A stretch of DNA of 64,000 bases from Eledone cirrhosa (GCA_964016885.1 OZ024742.1:30318001-30382000); one strand, 5' to 3'. Shown: positions 39,775-57,694, counted from the stretch's first letter. Translations and numbers: made by a program. Notes: generated from the letters alone by a model not told the origin.

Positions 39775-42700
39775 TGTAGCAGTGTTACAACAGTGTTGTA
39801 GATTTCCACAGTGTTACAACAGTGTTGTAGAGTTCCACAGTGTTACAACAATGTTGTAGAGTTCCTCAGTGTTACAACAGTGTTGTAGTGTTCCACAGTG
39901 TTACAACAGTGTTGTGGAGTTCCACAGTGTTACAACAGTGTTGTAGAGTTCCACAGTGTTGTAGAGTTCCTCAGTGTTACAACAGTGTTGTAGAGTTCCA
40001 ATAGTGTTATGAAGTGTTATGAAGTGTTGTAATGTGTTACAGTATAAGTTCTGGAATATAGTATTGCTATATTGTGATATATTGGGGTTGTGGAGTGTTG
40101 TAATGGTGGTTATAGTGTTCTGGGATCTTCTGGTAGAGTTCTACGTTGTTGAAGTGGTGTAGTAGTAGTAGTGGTGTACAGTGTTGTTGTAGTGTTCTGC
40201 TAGTGGTGTAGTAGTGGTGTACAGTGTTGAAATAGTCTGCTAGTGGTGTAGTAGTAATGTAGTAGTGGTGAACAGTGTTGTTGTGGTGTTCTGCTAGTGG
40301 TGTGGTAGTAATGTAGTAGTGGTGTACAGTGTTGTTGTAGTGTTCTGCTAGTGGTGTAGTAGTGGTGTACAGTGTTGTTGTAGTGTTCTGCTAGTGGTGT
40401 AGTAGTGGTGTACAGTGTTGTTGAAGTGTTCTGCTAGTGGTGCAGTAGTGGTGTACAGTGTTGAAATAGTCTGCTAGTGGTGTAGTAGTAATGTAGTAGT
40501 GGTGTACAGTGTTGTTGTAGTGTTCTGCTAGTGGTGGAGTAGTGGTTTACAGTGTTGTTGAAGTGTTCTGCTAGTGGTGTAGTAGTAATGTAGTAGTGGT
40601 GTACAGTGTTGTTGAAGTGTTCTGCTAGTGGTGTAGTAGGGGTGTACAGTGTTGTTGTAGTGTTCTGCTAGTGGTGTAGTAGTGGTGTACAGTGTTGTTG
40701 AAGTGTTCTGCTAGTGGTGTAGTAGTGGTGTAGTAGTGGTGTAGTAGTGGTGTACAGTGTTGAAATAGTCTGCTAGTGGTGTAGTAGTAATGTAGTAGTG
40801 GTGTACGGTGTTGTTGTAGTGTTCTGCTAGTGGTGTAGTAGTGGTGTAGTAAAGGTGTATGGTATATTTTGTAGTGTTCTAGTTTGTTGAAGTTGTGTTC
40901 TCTGTTATATTAGTGGTATACGGTGTTGTAGTAGTGTTCTAGTAGTGTTGTAGTGTTCTGTGGCGTTCTGGTAGTGTTGTAGTGTTCTGGCAATGTTGTA
41001 GTGCTATAGAGTTGTAGTGTTGTAGTGTTGTAGTGTTATAGTGCTGTAGTGTTGTAGTGTTGTAGTGTTATAGAGTTGTAGTGTTGTAGTGTTGTAGTGT
41101 TACAGAGTTGTAGTGTTGTAGTGTTCTGGCAATGTTGTAGTGCTATAGAGTTGTAGTGTTGTAGTGTTGTAGTGTTATAAAGTTGTAGTGTTGTAGTGTT
41201 ATAGAGTTGTAGTGTTGTAGTGTTATGGCAATGTTGTAGTGTTATAGAGTTGTAGTGTTGTAGTGTTGTAGTGTTCTGGCAGTGTTATAGAGTTGTAGTG
41301 TCGTAGTGTTCTGGCAGTGTTGTAGTGTTATAGAGTTGTAGTGTTATAGAGTTGTAGTGTTGTAGTGTTGTAGTGTTCTGGCAGTGTTGTAGTGTTATTG
41401 AGTTGTAGTGTTGTAGTGTTGTGGTGTTGTAGTGTTGTAGTGTTCTGGCAGTGTTGTAGTGTTATAGAGTTGTAGTGTTGTAGTGTTGTAGTGTTGTAGT
41501 GTTGTAGTGTTCTAGTGTTCTAGTGTTCTAGTGTTCTGGCAGTGTTGTAGTGTTATTGAGTTGTAGTGTTGTAGTGTTGTAGTGTTGTAGTGTTGTAGTG
41601 TTCTGGCAGTGTTGTAGTGTTATAGAGTTGTAGTGTTGTAGTGTTGTAGTGTTGTAGTGTTGTAGTGTTCTGGCAGTGTTGTAGTGTTATAGAGTTGTAG
41701 TGTTGTAGTGTTGTAGTGTTCTGGCAGTGTTGTAGTGTTATTGAGTTGTAGTGTTGTAGTGTTGTAGTGTTGTAGTGTTCTGGCAGTGTTGTAGTGTTAT
41801 AGAGTTGTAGTGTTGTAGTGTTGTAGTGTTGTAGTGTTCTGGCAGTGTTGTAGTGTTATAGAGTTATAGTGTTGTAGTGTTCTGGCAGTGTTGTAGTGTT
41901 ATAGAGTTGTAGTGTTGTAGTGTTCTAGTGTTCTGGCAGTGTTGTAGTGTTATTGAGTTGTAGTGTTGTAGTGTTGTAGTGTTGTAGTGTTGTAGTGTTC
42001 TGGCAGTGTTGTAGTGTTATAGAGTTGTAGTGTTGTAGTGTTCTGGTTGTGTTGTGGTGTTGTACAGTTGTAGTGTTATAGAGTTGTAGTGTTGTAGTGT
42101 TGTAGTGTTGTAGTATTCTGGCAGTGTTGTAGTGTTGTAGAGTTGTAGTGTTATAGAGTTGTAGTGTTGTATTGTTGTAGTGTTGTAGTGTTCTGGCAGT
42201 GTTGTAGTGTTATAGAGTTATAGTGTTGTAGTGTTCTGGCAGTGTTGTAGTGTTATAGAGTTGTAGTGTTGTAGTGTTATTGAGTTGTAGTGTTGTAGTG
42301 TTGTAGTGTTGTAGTGTTCTGGCAGTGTTGTAGTGTTATAGAGTTGTAGTGTTGTAGTGTTGTGGTGTTGTAGTATTGTAGTGTTCTGGCAGTGTTGTAG
42401 TGTTATAGAGTTATAGTGTTGTAGTGTTCTGGCAGTGTTGTAGTGTTATAGAGTTGTAGTGTTGTAGTGTTCTGGTAGTGTTGTGGTGTTGTAGAGTTGT
42501 AGTGTTATAGAGTTGTAGTGTTGTAGTGTTGTAGTGTTCTGGCAGTGTTGTAGTGTTGTAGTGTTATAGAGTTGTAGTGTTGTAGTGTTGTAGTGTTGTA
42601 GTGTTGTAGTGTTCTGGCAGTGTTGTAGTGTTCTGGTAGTGTTGTAGTGTTCTGGCAGTGTTGTAGTGTTATAGAGTTATAGTGTTGTAGTGTTCTGGCA

Positions 42701-45700
42701 GTGTTGTAGTGTTATAGAGTTGTAGTGTTGTAGTGTTCTGGTAGTGTTGTGGTGTTGTAGAGTTGTAGTGTTCTGGCAGTGTTGTAGTGTTCTGGTAGTG
42801 TTGTAGTGTTCTGGCAGTGTCGTAGTGTTATAGAGTTGTAGTGTCGTAGTGTTCTGGTAGTGTTGTAGTGTTTTAGAGTTGTAGTGTTATAGAGTTGTAG
42901 TGTTGTAGTGTTGTAGTGTTCTGGCAGTGTTGTAGTGTTATAGAGTTGTAGTGTTGTAGTGTTGTAGTGTTGTAGTGTTGTAGTGTTCTAGTGTTCTAGT
43001 GTTCTAGTGTTCTGGCAGTGTTGTAGTGTTATTGAGTTGTAGTGTTGTAGTGTTGTAGTGTTGTAGTGTTGTAGTGTTCTGGCAGTGTTGTAGTGTTATA
43101 GAGTTGTAGTGTTGTAGTGTTGTAGTGTTGTAGTGTTGTAGTGTTCTGGCAGTGTCGTAGTGTTATAGAGTTGTAGTGTTGTAGTGTTGTAGTGTTCTGG
43201 CAGTGTTGTAGTGTTATTGAGTTGTAGTGTTGTAGTGTTGTAGTGTTGTAGTGTTCTGGCAGTGTTGTAGTGTTATAGAGTTGTAGTGTTGTAGTGTTGT
43301 AGTGTTGTAGTGTTCTGGCAGTGTTGTAGTGTTATAGAGTTATAGTGTTGTAGTGTTCTGGCAGTGTTGTAGTGTTATAGAGTTGTAGTGTTGTAGTGTT
43401 GTAGTGTTCTAGTGTTCTGGCAGTGTTGTAGTGTTATTGAGTTGTAGTGTTGTAGTGTTGTAGTGTTGTAGTGTTGTAGTGTTCTGGCAGTGTTGTAGTG
43501 TTATAGAGTTGTAGTGTTGTAGTGTTCTGGTTGTGTTGTGGTGTTGTACAGTTGTAGTGTTATAGAGTTGTAGTGTTGTAGTGTTGTAGTGTTGTAGTAT
43601 TCTGGCAGTGTTGTAGTGTTGTAGAGTTGTAGTGTTATAGAGTTGTAGTGTTGTATTGTTGTAGTGTTGTAGTGTTCTGGCAGTGTTGTAGTGTTATAGA
43701 GTTATAGTGTTGTAGTGTTCTGGCAGTGTTGTAGTGTTATAGAGTTGTAGTGTTGTAGTGTTATTGAGTTGTAGTGTTGTAGTGTTGTAGTGTTGTAGTG
43801 TTCTGGCAGTGTTGTAGTGTTATAGAGTTGTAGTGTTGTAGTGTTGTGGTGTTGTAGTATTGTAGTGTTCTGGCAGTGTTGTAGTGTTATAGAGTTATAG
43901 TGTTGTAGTGTTCTGGCAGTGTTGTAGTGTTATAGAGTTGTAGTGTTGTAGTGTTCTGGTAGTGTTGTGGTGTTGTAGAGTTGTAGTGTTATAGAGTTGT
44001 AGTGTTGTAGTGTTGTAGTGTTCTGGCAGTGTTGTAGTGTTGTAGTGTTATAGAGTTGTAGTGTTGTAGTGTTGTAGTGTTGTAGTGTTGTAGTGTTCTG
44101 GCAGTGTTGTAGTGTTCTGGTAGTGTTGTAGTGTTCTGGCAGTGTTGTAGTGTTATAGAGTTATAGTGTTGTAGTGTTCTGGCAGTGTTGTAGTGTTATA
44201 GAGTTGTAGTGTTGTAGTGTTCTGGTAGTGTTGTGGTGTTGTAGAGTTGTAGTGTTCTGGCAGTGTTGTAGTGTTCTGGTAGTGTTGTAGTGTTCTGGCA
44301 GTGTCGTAGTGTTATAGAGTTGTAGTGTCGTAGTGTTCTGGTAGTGTTGTAGTGTTTTAGAGTTGTAGTGTTATAGAGTTGTAGTGTTGTAGTGTTGTAG
44401 TGTTCTGGCAGTGTTGTAGTGTTGTAGAGTTGTAGTGTTATAGAGTTGTAGTGTTGTAGTATTGTAGTGTTCTGGCAGTGTTGTAGTGTTATAGAGTTGT
44501 AGTGTTGTAATGTTCTGGTAGTGTTGTAGTGTTCTGGCAGTGTTGTAGTGTTATAGAGTTGTAGTGTCGTAGTGTTCTGGTAGTGTTGTAGTGTTTTAGA
44601 GTTGTAGTGTTATAGAGTTGTAGTGTTATAGTGTTGTAGTGTTGTAGTGTTTTAGAGTTGTAGTGTTATAAAGTTGTAGTGTTGTAGTGTTCTGGTAGTG
44701 TTGTGGTGTTCTGCATTAGTAGAGTGTCTCTCTGATATAATTGTTTTTACTTTTGGCACAAGGCCAGCAATTACCCAGTACAATGTTGTAGTGTTATAGA
44801 GTTGTAGTGTTGTAGTGTTGTAGTGTTGTAGTGTTTTAGAGTTGTAGTGTTATAGCGTTGTAGTGTTGTAGTGTTGTAGTGTTTTAGAGTTGTAGTGTTA
44901 TAGAGTTGTAGTGTCGTAGTGTTCTGGTAGAGTTGTAGTGTTTTAGAGTTGTAGTGTTGTAGTGTTGTAGTGTCGTAGTGTTCTGGTAGAGTTGTAGTGT
45001 TATAGAGTTGTAGTGTCGTAGTGTTCTGGTAGAGTTGTAGTGTTATAGAGTTGTAGTGTTGTAGTGTTGTAGTGTCGTAGTGTTCTGGTAGAGTTGTAGT
45101 GTTATAGAGTTGTAGTGTTGTAGTGTTCTGGTAGAGTTGTAGTGTTATAGAGTTGTAGTGTTGTAGTGTCGTAGTGTTCTGGTAGAGTTGTAGTGTTATA
45201 GAGTTGTAGTGTTGTAGTGTCGTAGTGTTCTGGTAGAGTTGTAGTGTTATAGAGTTGTAGTGTCGTAGTGTTCTGGTAGAGTTGTAGTGTTATAGAGTTG
45301 TAGTGTTGTAGTGTTCTGGTAGAGTTGTAGTGTTATAGAGTTGTAGTGTTGTAGTGTTGTAGTGTCGTAGTGTTCTGGTAGAGTTGTAGTGTTATAGAGT
45401 TGTAGTGTCGTAGTGTTCTGGTAGAGTTGTAGTGTTATAGAGTTGTAGTGTTATAGAGTTGTAGTGTTGTAGTGTCGTAGTGTTCTGGTAGAGTTGTAGT
45501 GTTATAGAGTTGTAGTGTCGTAGTGTTCTGGTAGAGTTGTAGTGTTATAGAGTTGTAGTGTTGTAGTGTTCTGGTAGAGTTGTAGTGTTATAGAGTTGTA
45601 GTGTTGTAGTGTTGTAGTGTCGTAGTGTTCTGGTAGAGTTGTAGTGTTATAGAGTTGTAGTGTCGTAGTGTTCTGGTAGAGTTGTAGTGTTATAGAGTTG

Positions 45701-46020
45701 TAGTGTCGTAGTGTTCTGGTAGAGTTGTAGTGTTATAGAGTTGTAGTGTCGTAGTGTTCTGGTAGAGTTGTAGTGTTATAGAGTTGTAGTGTTGTAGTGT
45801 TGTAGTGTCGTAGTGTTCTGGTAGAGTTGTAGTGTTATAGAGTTGTAGTGTTGTAGTGTTCTGGTAGAGTTGTAGTGTTATAGAGTTGTAGTGTTGCAGT
45901 GTTGTAGTGTCGTAGTGTTCTGGTAGAGTTGTAGTGTTATAGAGTTGTAGTGTTGTAGTGTTCTGGTAGTGTTGTAGTGTTGTAGTGTTGTAGTGTTGTA
46001 GTGTTCTGGTAGTGTTGTGG
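39775..46020. repeat. Satellite: 29-bp, ~34-bp, then (GTGTTGTA)n 8-mer array with variants
   Basis: Direct tandem repeats over ~6.2 kb. Confidence 0.95.
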
Positions 46021-46052
46021 TGTTCTGCATTAGTAGAGTGTCTCTCTGATAT

Positions 46053-46241
46053 AATTGTTTTTACTTTTGGCACAAGGCCAGCAATAACCCAGTACATTAC
46101 TGGTACTTTATTTTATCGACCCCGTAAGGATGAAAGGCAAAGTTAACCTCGGTGGGATTTGAACTCAGACTGTAAAGGGGCGTAACTATGCTGGAAAGCA
46201 CGGCTTCCGACCCTCTACCGACACTGCTAATTCACCGCCTT
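46053..46241 (-). mobile_element. SINE family 1
   Basis: Match to other copies. Confidence 0.85.
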
Positions 46242-46562
46242 TCTGAAATAATGTTGGTATGTTCTGAAATGCTATAATAAAGTTATGGTGGTGAGTTATA
46301 CAGATGTTGAGAGATGTGGATGTATCCTTCTATTAATTACATATATAATTACTTTTATTTCACATAATTATACATATAAATATATACATAAAGAGCGTGT
46401 GGAGTTGCCCACAAAAATTATTACAAGGGATTCTTCACCGTCCCTTGTTGTGGCGTGTGATTAAGTGCGCATGTCTTCTACTTTTTTCTCTATATTTTAA
46501 TATAAATTGTTGTGTATATTTGTCTAGGTAATTACACATATTACAGCATTAGGCGTGTATAA

Positions 46563-46627
46563 AGTCGATATACAATGCCAGAGTCGATATACAATGCCAG
46601 AGTCGATATACAATGCCAGAGTCGATG
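46563..46627. repeat. 19-bp tandem repeat x3 (gtcgatatacaatgccaga)
   Basis: Direct repeat. Confidence 0.85.
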
Positions 46628-46709
46628 TTCCAACCAACATTTCAATAAAATTACTAGCTTTTACATTTGTATATATGAGGACTTGTGTTTATGAACATAT
46701 TTCTATAGT

Positions 46710-50370
<3,661 letters not shown>

Positions 50371-50906
50371 GCGTGTGAAGAGGGTGAAGTAGAGATGAAG
50401 AGGAAGAGAGAGATAGAGAGGAATATAGAGAGGATGAGAGGGAGATAGTGACAGACATATGTAGGGAAAGGGAGAGGCAGAGAGGGAGAGAAGGAGAGGC
50501 AGAGATAGTGAGGGAGGGGTAGAGGGAATGAGAGAAAAGGAGGAAACTTTGGTGACAGAAGATAGAAGAAAAAGAAAGAGAAGCAGAGAGATGAAAGTGA
50601 AGATGAAAGAATGGCATAATGAGGGAGGGGGAGAGACGTGGCTGGAGGAAGGGGTGGAAATGGACAGACACACAGACAGAAACTGACAGGGTGACAGATA
50701 GTGAGAGGGATAGGGTGACAGGTGGAGAGAGAGACAGAGAGACAGGTAGAGAGAGAGACAGTGGGGGAGACAGAGAGACAGGTAGAGAGAGAGAAAGACA
50801 GACAGTACGACACAGATATCGAGAGACTGACAAATACAGAGAGAGAGGGTGGAAGGGAGACAAACAGGCACACAGATCAACAGGTAGATATATATATATA
50901 TATATA

Positions 50907-50978
<72 letters not shown>

Positions 50979-51177
50979 TGAGAGAGTCAGGTAGACAGGT
51001 CAACAGAGAAAGAGGGAGAAAGAAAGAGAGAAAGAGAGAGAGTCAGGTAGACAGGCCAAAAGAGAGAGAGAGAGAGGGAGAGAGAGAGAAAGAAATAGAG
51101 AGAGTCAGGTAGACAAGCCAAAAGAGAGAGAGAGAGAGAGAGAGAGAGTCAGGTAGACAAGCCAAGAGAGGGAGGGA

Positions 51178-52026
51178 GAGAGTGTGTCTGTCAGGTAGAC
51201 AGCCTGTCAAGAGAGAGAGGGGGAGAGTGTGTCTGTCAGGTAGACAGCCTGTCAAGAGAGAGAGGGGGAGAGTGTGTCTGTCAGGTAGACAGCCTGTCAA
51301 GAGAGAGAGGGGGAGAGAGTGTGTCTGTCAGGTAGACAGCCTGTCAAGAGAGGAAGGGGGGAGAGAGTGTGTCTGTCAGGTAGACAGCCTGTCAAGAGAG
51401 GAAAGGGGATAGTGTGTCTGTCAGGTAGACAGCCTGTCAAGAGAGAGAGGGGGAGAGTGTGTCTGTCAGGTAGACAGCCTGTCAAGAGAGGAAGGGGGCG
51501 AGTGCGTCTGTCAGGTAGACAGCCTGTCAAGAGAGAGAGGGGGAGAGTGTGTCTGTCAGGTAGACAGCCTGTCAAGAGAGGAAGGGGGAGAGTGTGTCTG
51601 TCAGGTAGACAGCCTGTAAAGAGAGGAAGGGGGCGAGTGTGTCTGTCAGGTAGACAGCCTGTCAAGAGAGAGAGGGGGAGAGTGTGTCTGTCAGGTAGAC
51701 AGCCTGTCAAGAGAGGAAGGGGGAGAGTGTGTCTGTCAGGTAGACAGCCTGTAAAGAGAGGAAGGGGGCGAGTGTGTCTGTCAGGTAGACAGCCTGTCAA
51801 GAGAGGAAGGGGGAGAGTGTGTCTGTCAGGTAGACAGCCTGTAAAGAGAGGAAGGAGGAGAAGGTGTCTGTCAGGTAGACAGCCTGTCAAGAGAGGAAGG
51901 AGGAGAGGGTGTCTGTCAGGTAAACAGCCTGTCAAGAGAGGGAGGGGGAGAGTATGTCTGTCAGGTAGACAGCCTGTCAAGAGAGGGAGGGAGAGAGTGT
52001 GTCTGTCAGGTAGACAGCCTGTCAAG
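51178..52026. repeat. 39-bp minisatellite
   Basis: gtgtgtctgtcaggtagacagcctgtcaagagaggaaggggga repeated about 21 times. Confidence 0.95.
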
Positions 52027-52072
52027 AAAACGTATCAGAACACAGAAATCCACTAGAACATGTTTTGTAATA

Positions 52073-52262
52073 ATTGTTTCTACTTTTGGCACAAGGCCAG
52101 CAATTTTGCCAGTGTATTACTTGTACTTTATTTTATCGACCCCGTAAGGATGAAAGGCAACGTTAACCTCGGCGGGATTTGAACTCAGACCGTAAAGGGC
52201 CAAAACTCTATGCTGCAAAGCATAGCATCCCACCCTCTACCGATACTGCCAATCCACCACCC
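52073..52262 (-). mobile_element. SINE family 1
   Basis: Match to other copies. Confidence 0.85.
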
Positions 52263-52469
52263 TTGATAATACCCACCAATAATAATAATAGTTTGGTAAT
52301 GACAAACGCTCACACAAAAATACAATAGAAGTTATAAATATAGAGATTACAATAGATGTGTTGATAGACAAGATAAGTGGATGTGTCAGAGTGTTATGTA
52401 TTGACTATCAATATTTCAACATAGAATAAATATAAAATAATATAAGATTCTAAAAAACGGTCGAGAGTC

Positions 52470-52737
52470 TCTCGAGCCCGGAGGTTCATCAGACAGGTGT
52501 TTATCCCAGTTTCCATGGCGTTAAGCCACTTAGAGTACAAGACTCCCCACTGGACAGGATGACAGCCCATCACAGGGTGAAACTCCCAGCTATTACTGGT
52601 ATTCATTATCAGCTGAGTATACTGAAGCAACGTGAAATAAAGTGTTTTGCTCAAGAACACAACACACAACCCAGCCCAGGAATCGAACCCACGACATTAT
52701 GATCATAAGTCCAACACCCTTACCACTAGTCACGCCT
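52470..52737 (-). mobile_element. SINE, family-2-like head
   Basis: Minus ggcgtgactagtggtaaggg...gggttcgattcc...cttgagcaaaacactttatttcac. Confidence 0.75.
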
Positions 52738-53231
52738 TCAATAAAAAAAAATATGTCATAAATGATAGGTAAGGGCTTCAGAAATCCGGTACAATATGGT
52801 AGAAATATATAAAAGGCGAAGAATGGCGAATAAAACAAAACAAAGTAATGATTTTTTAATCAATATAATATCGACATAATATTTCAGGGTTTTTACCCGC
52901 TTGTCAAATGCAAAACAAAAACGAACGATGTGTTCTTCTTTAACTGGTCCAGGTGTGTGAATTGCGTATGTACAAGATTTAAGGTTACCCAGACATTGTG
53001 TGGAGACAACTAGCTAGGGTGGAGCAGACTACCCTGTGTTTCAGCCTGTTACCACTTTTACTATTCAGTTCTGCTATTCTAAAAAAGTATTTGTTAACAT
53101 CAAAGTTGGAAAAATTAGGAAATTTCCATGATGGTGGAGGTCAACCTTTTTAAGGTCGTCCGAGGGTCTTGGGGATATTCCCAAAATATTCCTTAAATAA
53201 AAAAGAAATCTCGTTTCTCTCGGCTGACCCT

Positions 53232-53980
53232 GGTGATGATGATGGTGATGGTGGTGGTGGTGGTGGTGGTGGTGGTTGTGGTGGTGGTGGTGGTGGTGGT
53301 GGTGGTGGTGGTGGTGGTGGTGGTTCTAATGATACTAGGGATGATTGTGTGGTGATTAAGCTGATGGTGGTGATGGTTGTAGTGATGATAATGGTGGTGG
53401 TGGTGGTGGTGGTGGTTGTAGTGATGATGATGGTGGTGGTGATAATGGTGGTGGTGGTGGTGGTGGTGGTGGTGGTGGTTCTAATGATACTAGGGATGAT
53501 TGTGTGGTGATTAAGCTGATGGTGGTGATGGTTGTAGTGATGATAATGGTGGTGGTGGTGGTGGTGGTGGTGGTAGTGGTGGTGGTTGTAGTGATGATGA
53601 TGGTGGTGGTGGTGGTGGTGGTGGTGGTGGTGGTGGTGGTGGTGGTGGTGGTTGTAGTGATGATGATGGTGGTGGTGATAGTGGTGGTGGTGGTGGTGGT
53701 GGTGGTGGTGGTGGTGGTTGTGGTGGTGGTGGTGGTTGTAGTGATGATGATGGTGGTGGTTGTAGTGATGATGATGGTGGTGGTGATAGTGGTGGTGGTG
53801 GTGGTGGTTGTAGTGACGATGATCATGATAGTGGTGGTGGTAGTGTTGGTGGTGGTGGTGGTGGTAGTTGTAGTGATGATGATGATGACGATGATGATGG
53901 TAGTGTTGGTGATAATGATGCTGGTGGTGGTGATGGAGAGGACGATATTGGTAATGGTGATGATGATGATGATGATAATG
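53232..53980. repeat. (GTG/GAT)n array with internal duplication
   Basis: Trinucleotide repeats. Confidence 0.9.
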
Positions 53981-54584
53981 AGGGGGAGGGAGTAGGGGGG
54001 AGGGGGAGGGGGAGAGAGTGATGAGAGAGATGTACTGAGACCAGAGCGGAGGGGGTGTATGAGTGCGTGGCCTGCTCATATGTATATATGCTTGTATGTG
54101 TATGTATGTGTGTGTATGTGTGCGGGTGTGTGTATGTGTGAGAATGTGTGAGTATATGTGTATGTATGTATGTATATGTGTATGTGTGTATGTGTGTATG
54201 TATGTATATGTGTATGTATGTGTAGGTGTGTGTATGTGTGAGTATGTGTGAGTATGTATGTGTATGAATGTATATGTGCATGTGTATGTGTATGTATATG
54301 TATATATATATATATGTGTGTGTGTATGTGCGTGTAGGTGTGTGTATGTATATGTATGTATGAGTATGTATATGTATGTATGTGTGTGTATGTATATGTA
54401 TGTATGAGTATGTATATGTATGTATGTGTGTGTATGTATATGTATGTATGAATATGTATATGTATGTATGTGTGTGTATGTATATGTATGTATGAATATG
54501 TATATGTATGTATGTGTGTGTATATGTTATCTCTTTCTCTTAATTTCGAGTATATTTTTTTTTGACCGGCCACCTTCCTGGTGG

Positions 54585-55368
54585 CAAGGCTGTAAAAGAA
54601 AAGAAATTGTCATCCCTTGAATCGCAAGAATGTTTTGCAAATTTTGAAGGTGCCAGTCATTTGTAGACTATGAATTAGGGAGCTGCGCTTTTTGTCCGCA
54701 AATCCAAGTTCAGTCATACTTTGGTCCAAGCGGGTTGGTATATAACCCGTAGTTCCAATAATGATGGGTATGAAGCTAAAGGTGTATCTTGGATACTGGG
54801 TTTGTAAACTCCTCATCAATGGTCCGTAGGTGTCCTCCTTCTCCTGTATTTTTCTGACAACGTTTACATCAAATGGGCAGCTGATCTCCACAACAGAACA
54901 CGTTTTCAATGTGTGGTCCCAAACAACAATATCAGGCCGGTTGTGCTTTAATTTGGTGGCAGTTTTTATTTTCAGGTTCCACCAGTATTCCTTAGTGCCA
55001 TCTGTCTCAATATATTCTTCCTCGTTTGTTGTTAATTTTGTTTTCCGAAGTGCGCTCCAGATGGTTCTAGCTATTCCATCGTGTCTCATGGGGAGGTAGT
55101 AGTGAGATGACATTCTTTCGCAGCTTTCGATCTTTGTTTTACATAGCCTACATTTATTGTCAGCTGCTGGCCCTCCTCTTTTGTGCAGCAGATATTTGGT
55201 AGGGAGTTCTTGTTCCTGTATTGCATAGAGATATCCCTCAAGGTGTGATGTCATAAACTTGTCGGAACTCCATGCCAGGCTTTTTGAGTGGTTTATCCCC
55301 TCTATGGTCTGTGTTTTACATCTCAAGTATCCATGCACAACTTTTTCTGTAAATTGGTCAATTTTTTT
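54585..55368 (-). pseudogene. R4/Dong-like LINE C-terminus (Zn knuckle + restriction-like endonuclease)
   Basis: AIQEQ, CRLC...RHD, RPDIVVWD...VEISCP...EKEDTY. Confidence 0.85.
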
Positions 55369-55691
55369 TGTATGTATGAGTATGTATATGTATGTATGAG
55401 TGTGTGTATGTATATGTATGTATGAGTATGTATATGTATGTGTATGTGTGTATGTATATGTATGTATGAGTATGTATATGTATGTGTGTGTGTATGTATA
55501 TGCATGTATGAGTATGTATATGTATGTATGTATGAGTATGTATGTGTATGTATGTGTATGTATATGTATGTATGTATATGTATGTATGTGTGTGTATGTA
55601 TGTGTATGTGTGTATATGTCTATTATGTATGTGTATGTATGAGTATGTATATGTATGTATGTGTGTGTATGTATATGTATGTATGTGTATG

Positions 55692-55771
<80 letters not shown>

Positions 55772-55799
55772 TGTATGTATGTATGTATGTGTATGTATA

Positions 55800-56322
55800 T
55801 CAGAGTTTTCTTTCTCCTAGAATTCTGCCTTGACAAAGGCTAAGGGGTCATCTCTCCCAGTGATTTTGGATGGCCATTGACTCTTAAGAGCTCCTTTGCC
55901 CTTTGACAGGTTTTGTTTTTAGTCCTGCAGGATGTTCAAAGTAACCCTCCTCACCAAGAAACCTTGGTGGAGTTGCCAGTTTAGTCGCCAACGACCCGAC
56001 CATGATGTTGACTTGTTCTTCTTTTTGGTAAATATCATCTTGGTTAAGAGAGTGGGACTGGCTTTGTGCAGTGCCTTTGCTCACTATAAAAGCTTCACGG
56101 CACAGGCATTGCTTTATATCTGGAGATCTCTCTGCACTTGTCGTCACATGGTACCATGGGCCCAGCAGTATGTGTCAATAATTGTCACAAGTGTAGTGTT
56201 TGTACCAGAGTTTTCAAGTCGCTGGCTAGACTAAAAAGTCACACTCGTTCAGCGCATCAGAAGGGGTTCTCCTACATGGTTATAAAGTAGTGGCCGTACT
56301 CGAAAACGAGTTGGCAGCCACC
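55800..56322 (-). mobile_element. Possible RTE-type LINE 5' UTR fragment
   Basis: Minus ends ctaggagaaagaaaactctga, recalled as RTE 5'UTR-like; unverified. Confidence 0.3.
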
Positions 56323-57503
56323 ATGTATATATATATATAGGTATATGTGTATGTATGTGTGTGTATGTATGTATGTATGTATGTATGTGTATGTATATGT
56401 ATGTATGAGTATGTATATATATATGCGTGTGTATATGTATGTATGTATGTATATGTATATATGAGTATGTATATGTGTATGTGTATGTATGTATATGTAT
56501 GTATGAGTATGTATGTATGAGTATGTATGTATGAGTATGTATGTATTTGTATGTATATGTATATATGTGTGTGTATATGTATATGTGTATGTATATGTAT
56601 GTATGAGTATGTATATATATGTGTGTGTATATGTACGTATGAGTATGTATATGTATGTATGTATGTATGTGTATGTATATGTATGTATGAGTATGTATAT
56701 ATATGTGTGTGTATATGTATGTATGTATGTATATGTATGTATATGTATGAGTATGTATATGTGTATGTATGTATGTATATGTATGTATGAGTATGTATGT
56801 ATGAGTATGTATGTATGTGTATGTATATGTATATATGTGTGTGTATATGTATGTATGAGTATGTATATATATGTGTGTGTATATGTACGTATGAGTATGT
56901 ATATGTATGAGTATGTATATACATGTGTGTGTATATATATGTGCATGAGTATGTATATGTATGAGTATGTATATACATGTGTGTGTATATATATGTGTAT
57001 GAGTATGTATATGTATGAGTATGTATATACATGTGTATGTATATATATGTGCATGAGTATGTATATGTATGAGTATGTATATACATGTGTGTGTATATAT
57101 ATGTGTATGAGTATGTATATATATGAGTATGTATATACATGTGTATGTATATATATGTGTATGAGTATGTATATATATGTGTATGTATATACATGTGTAT
57201 GTATATATATGTGTATGAGTATGTATATACATGTGTATGTATATATATGTGTATGAGTATGTATGTATATGTGTATGTATATACATGTGTATGTATATAT
57301 ATGTGTATGAGTATGTATATACATGTGTATGTATATATATGTGTATGTATATATATGTGTATGAGTATGTATATACATGTGTATGTATATATATGTGTAT
57401 GTATATGTGTATATATACAGTAAGACGTTATTAAGGTAGGGAGGAGGAGGGTTAAGGTGATTAATATATATATTACATGTTTACATAATGGATATATATT
57501 GTC

Positions 57504-57559
<56 letters not shown>

Positions 57560-57562
<3 letters not shown>

Positions 57563-57694
57563 GGAGGTGAGTTTTATTGTAGTACAATAAAGCAATGCAA
57601 ATATCGGATAAGTAGCACTCTACAGTTTGTAGGACTGGAGTATAAATAATATAAGTTCAAAGGAACTCTTTTAACCATCTTTTGATCTTATATT

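Noticed and set aside
39775-46020. Telomeric repeat
   Set aside because: Unit is GTGTTGTA, not TTAGGG/TTAGG, and is internal.
51178-52056. CRISPR-like array or repetitive protein ORF (CLSGRQPVKRG)
   Set aside because: Inter-repeat segments are near-identical GA runs, not unique spacers; no cas genes; the ORF results from the 39-bp period.
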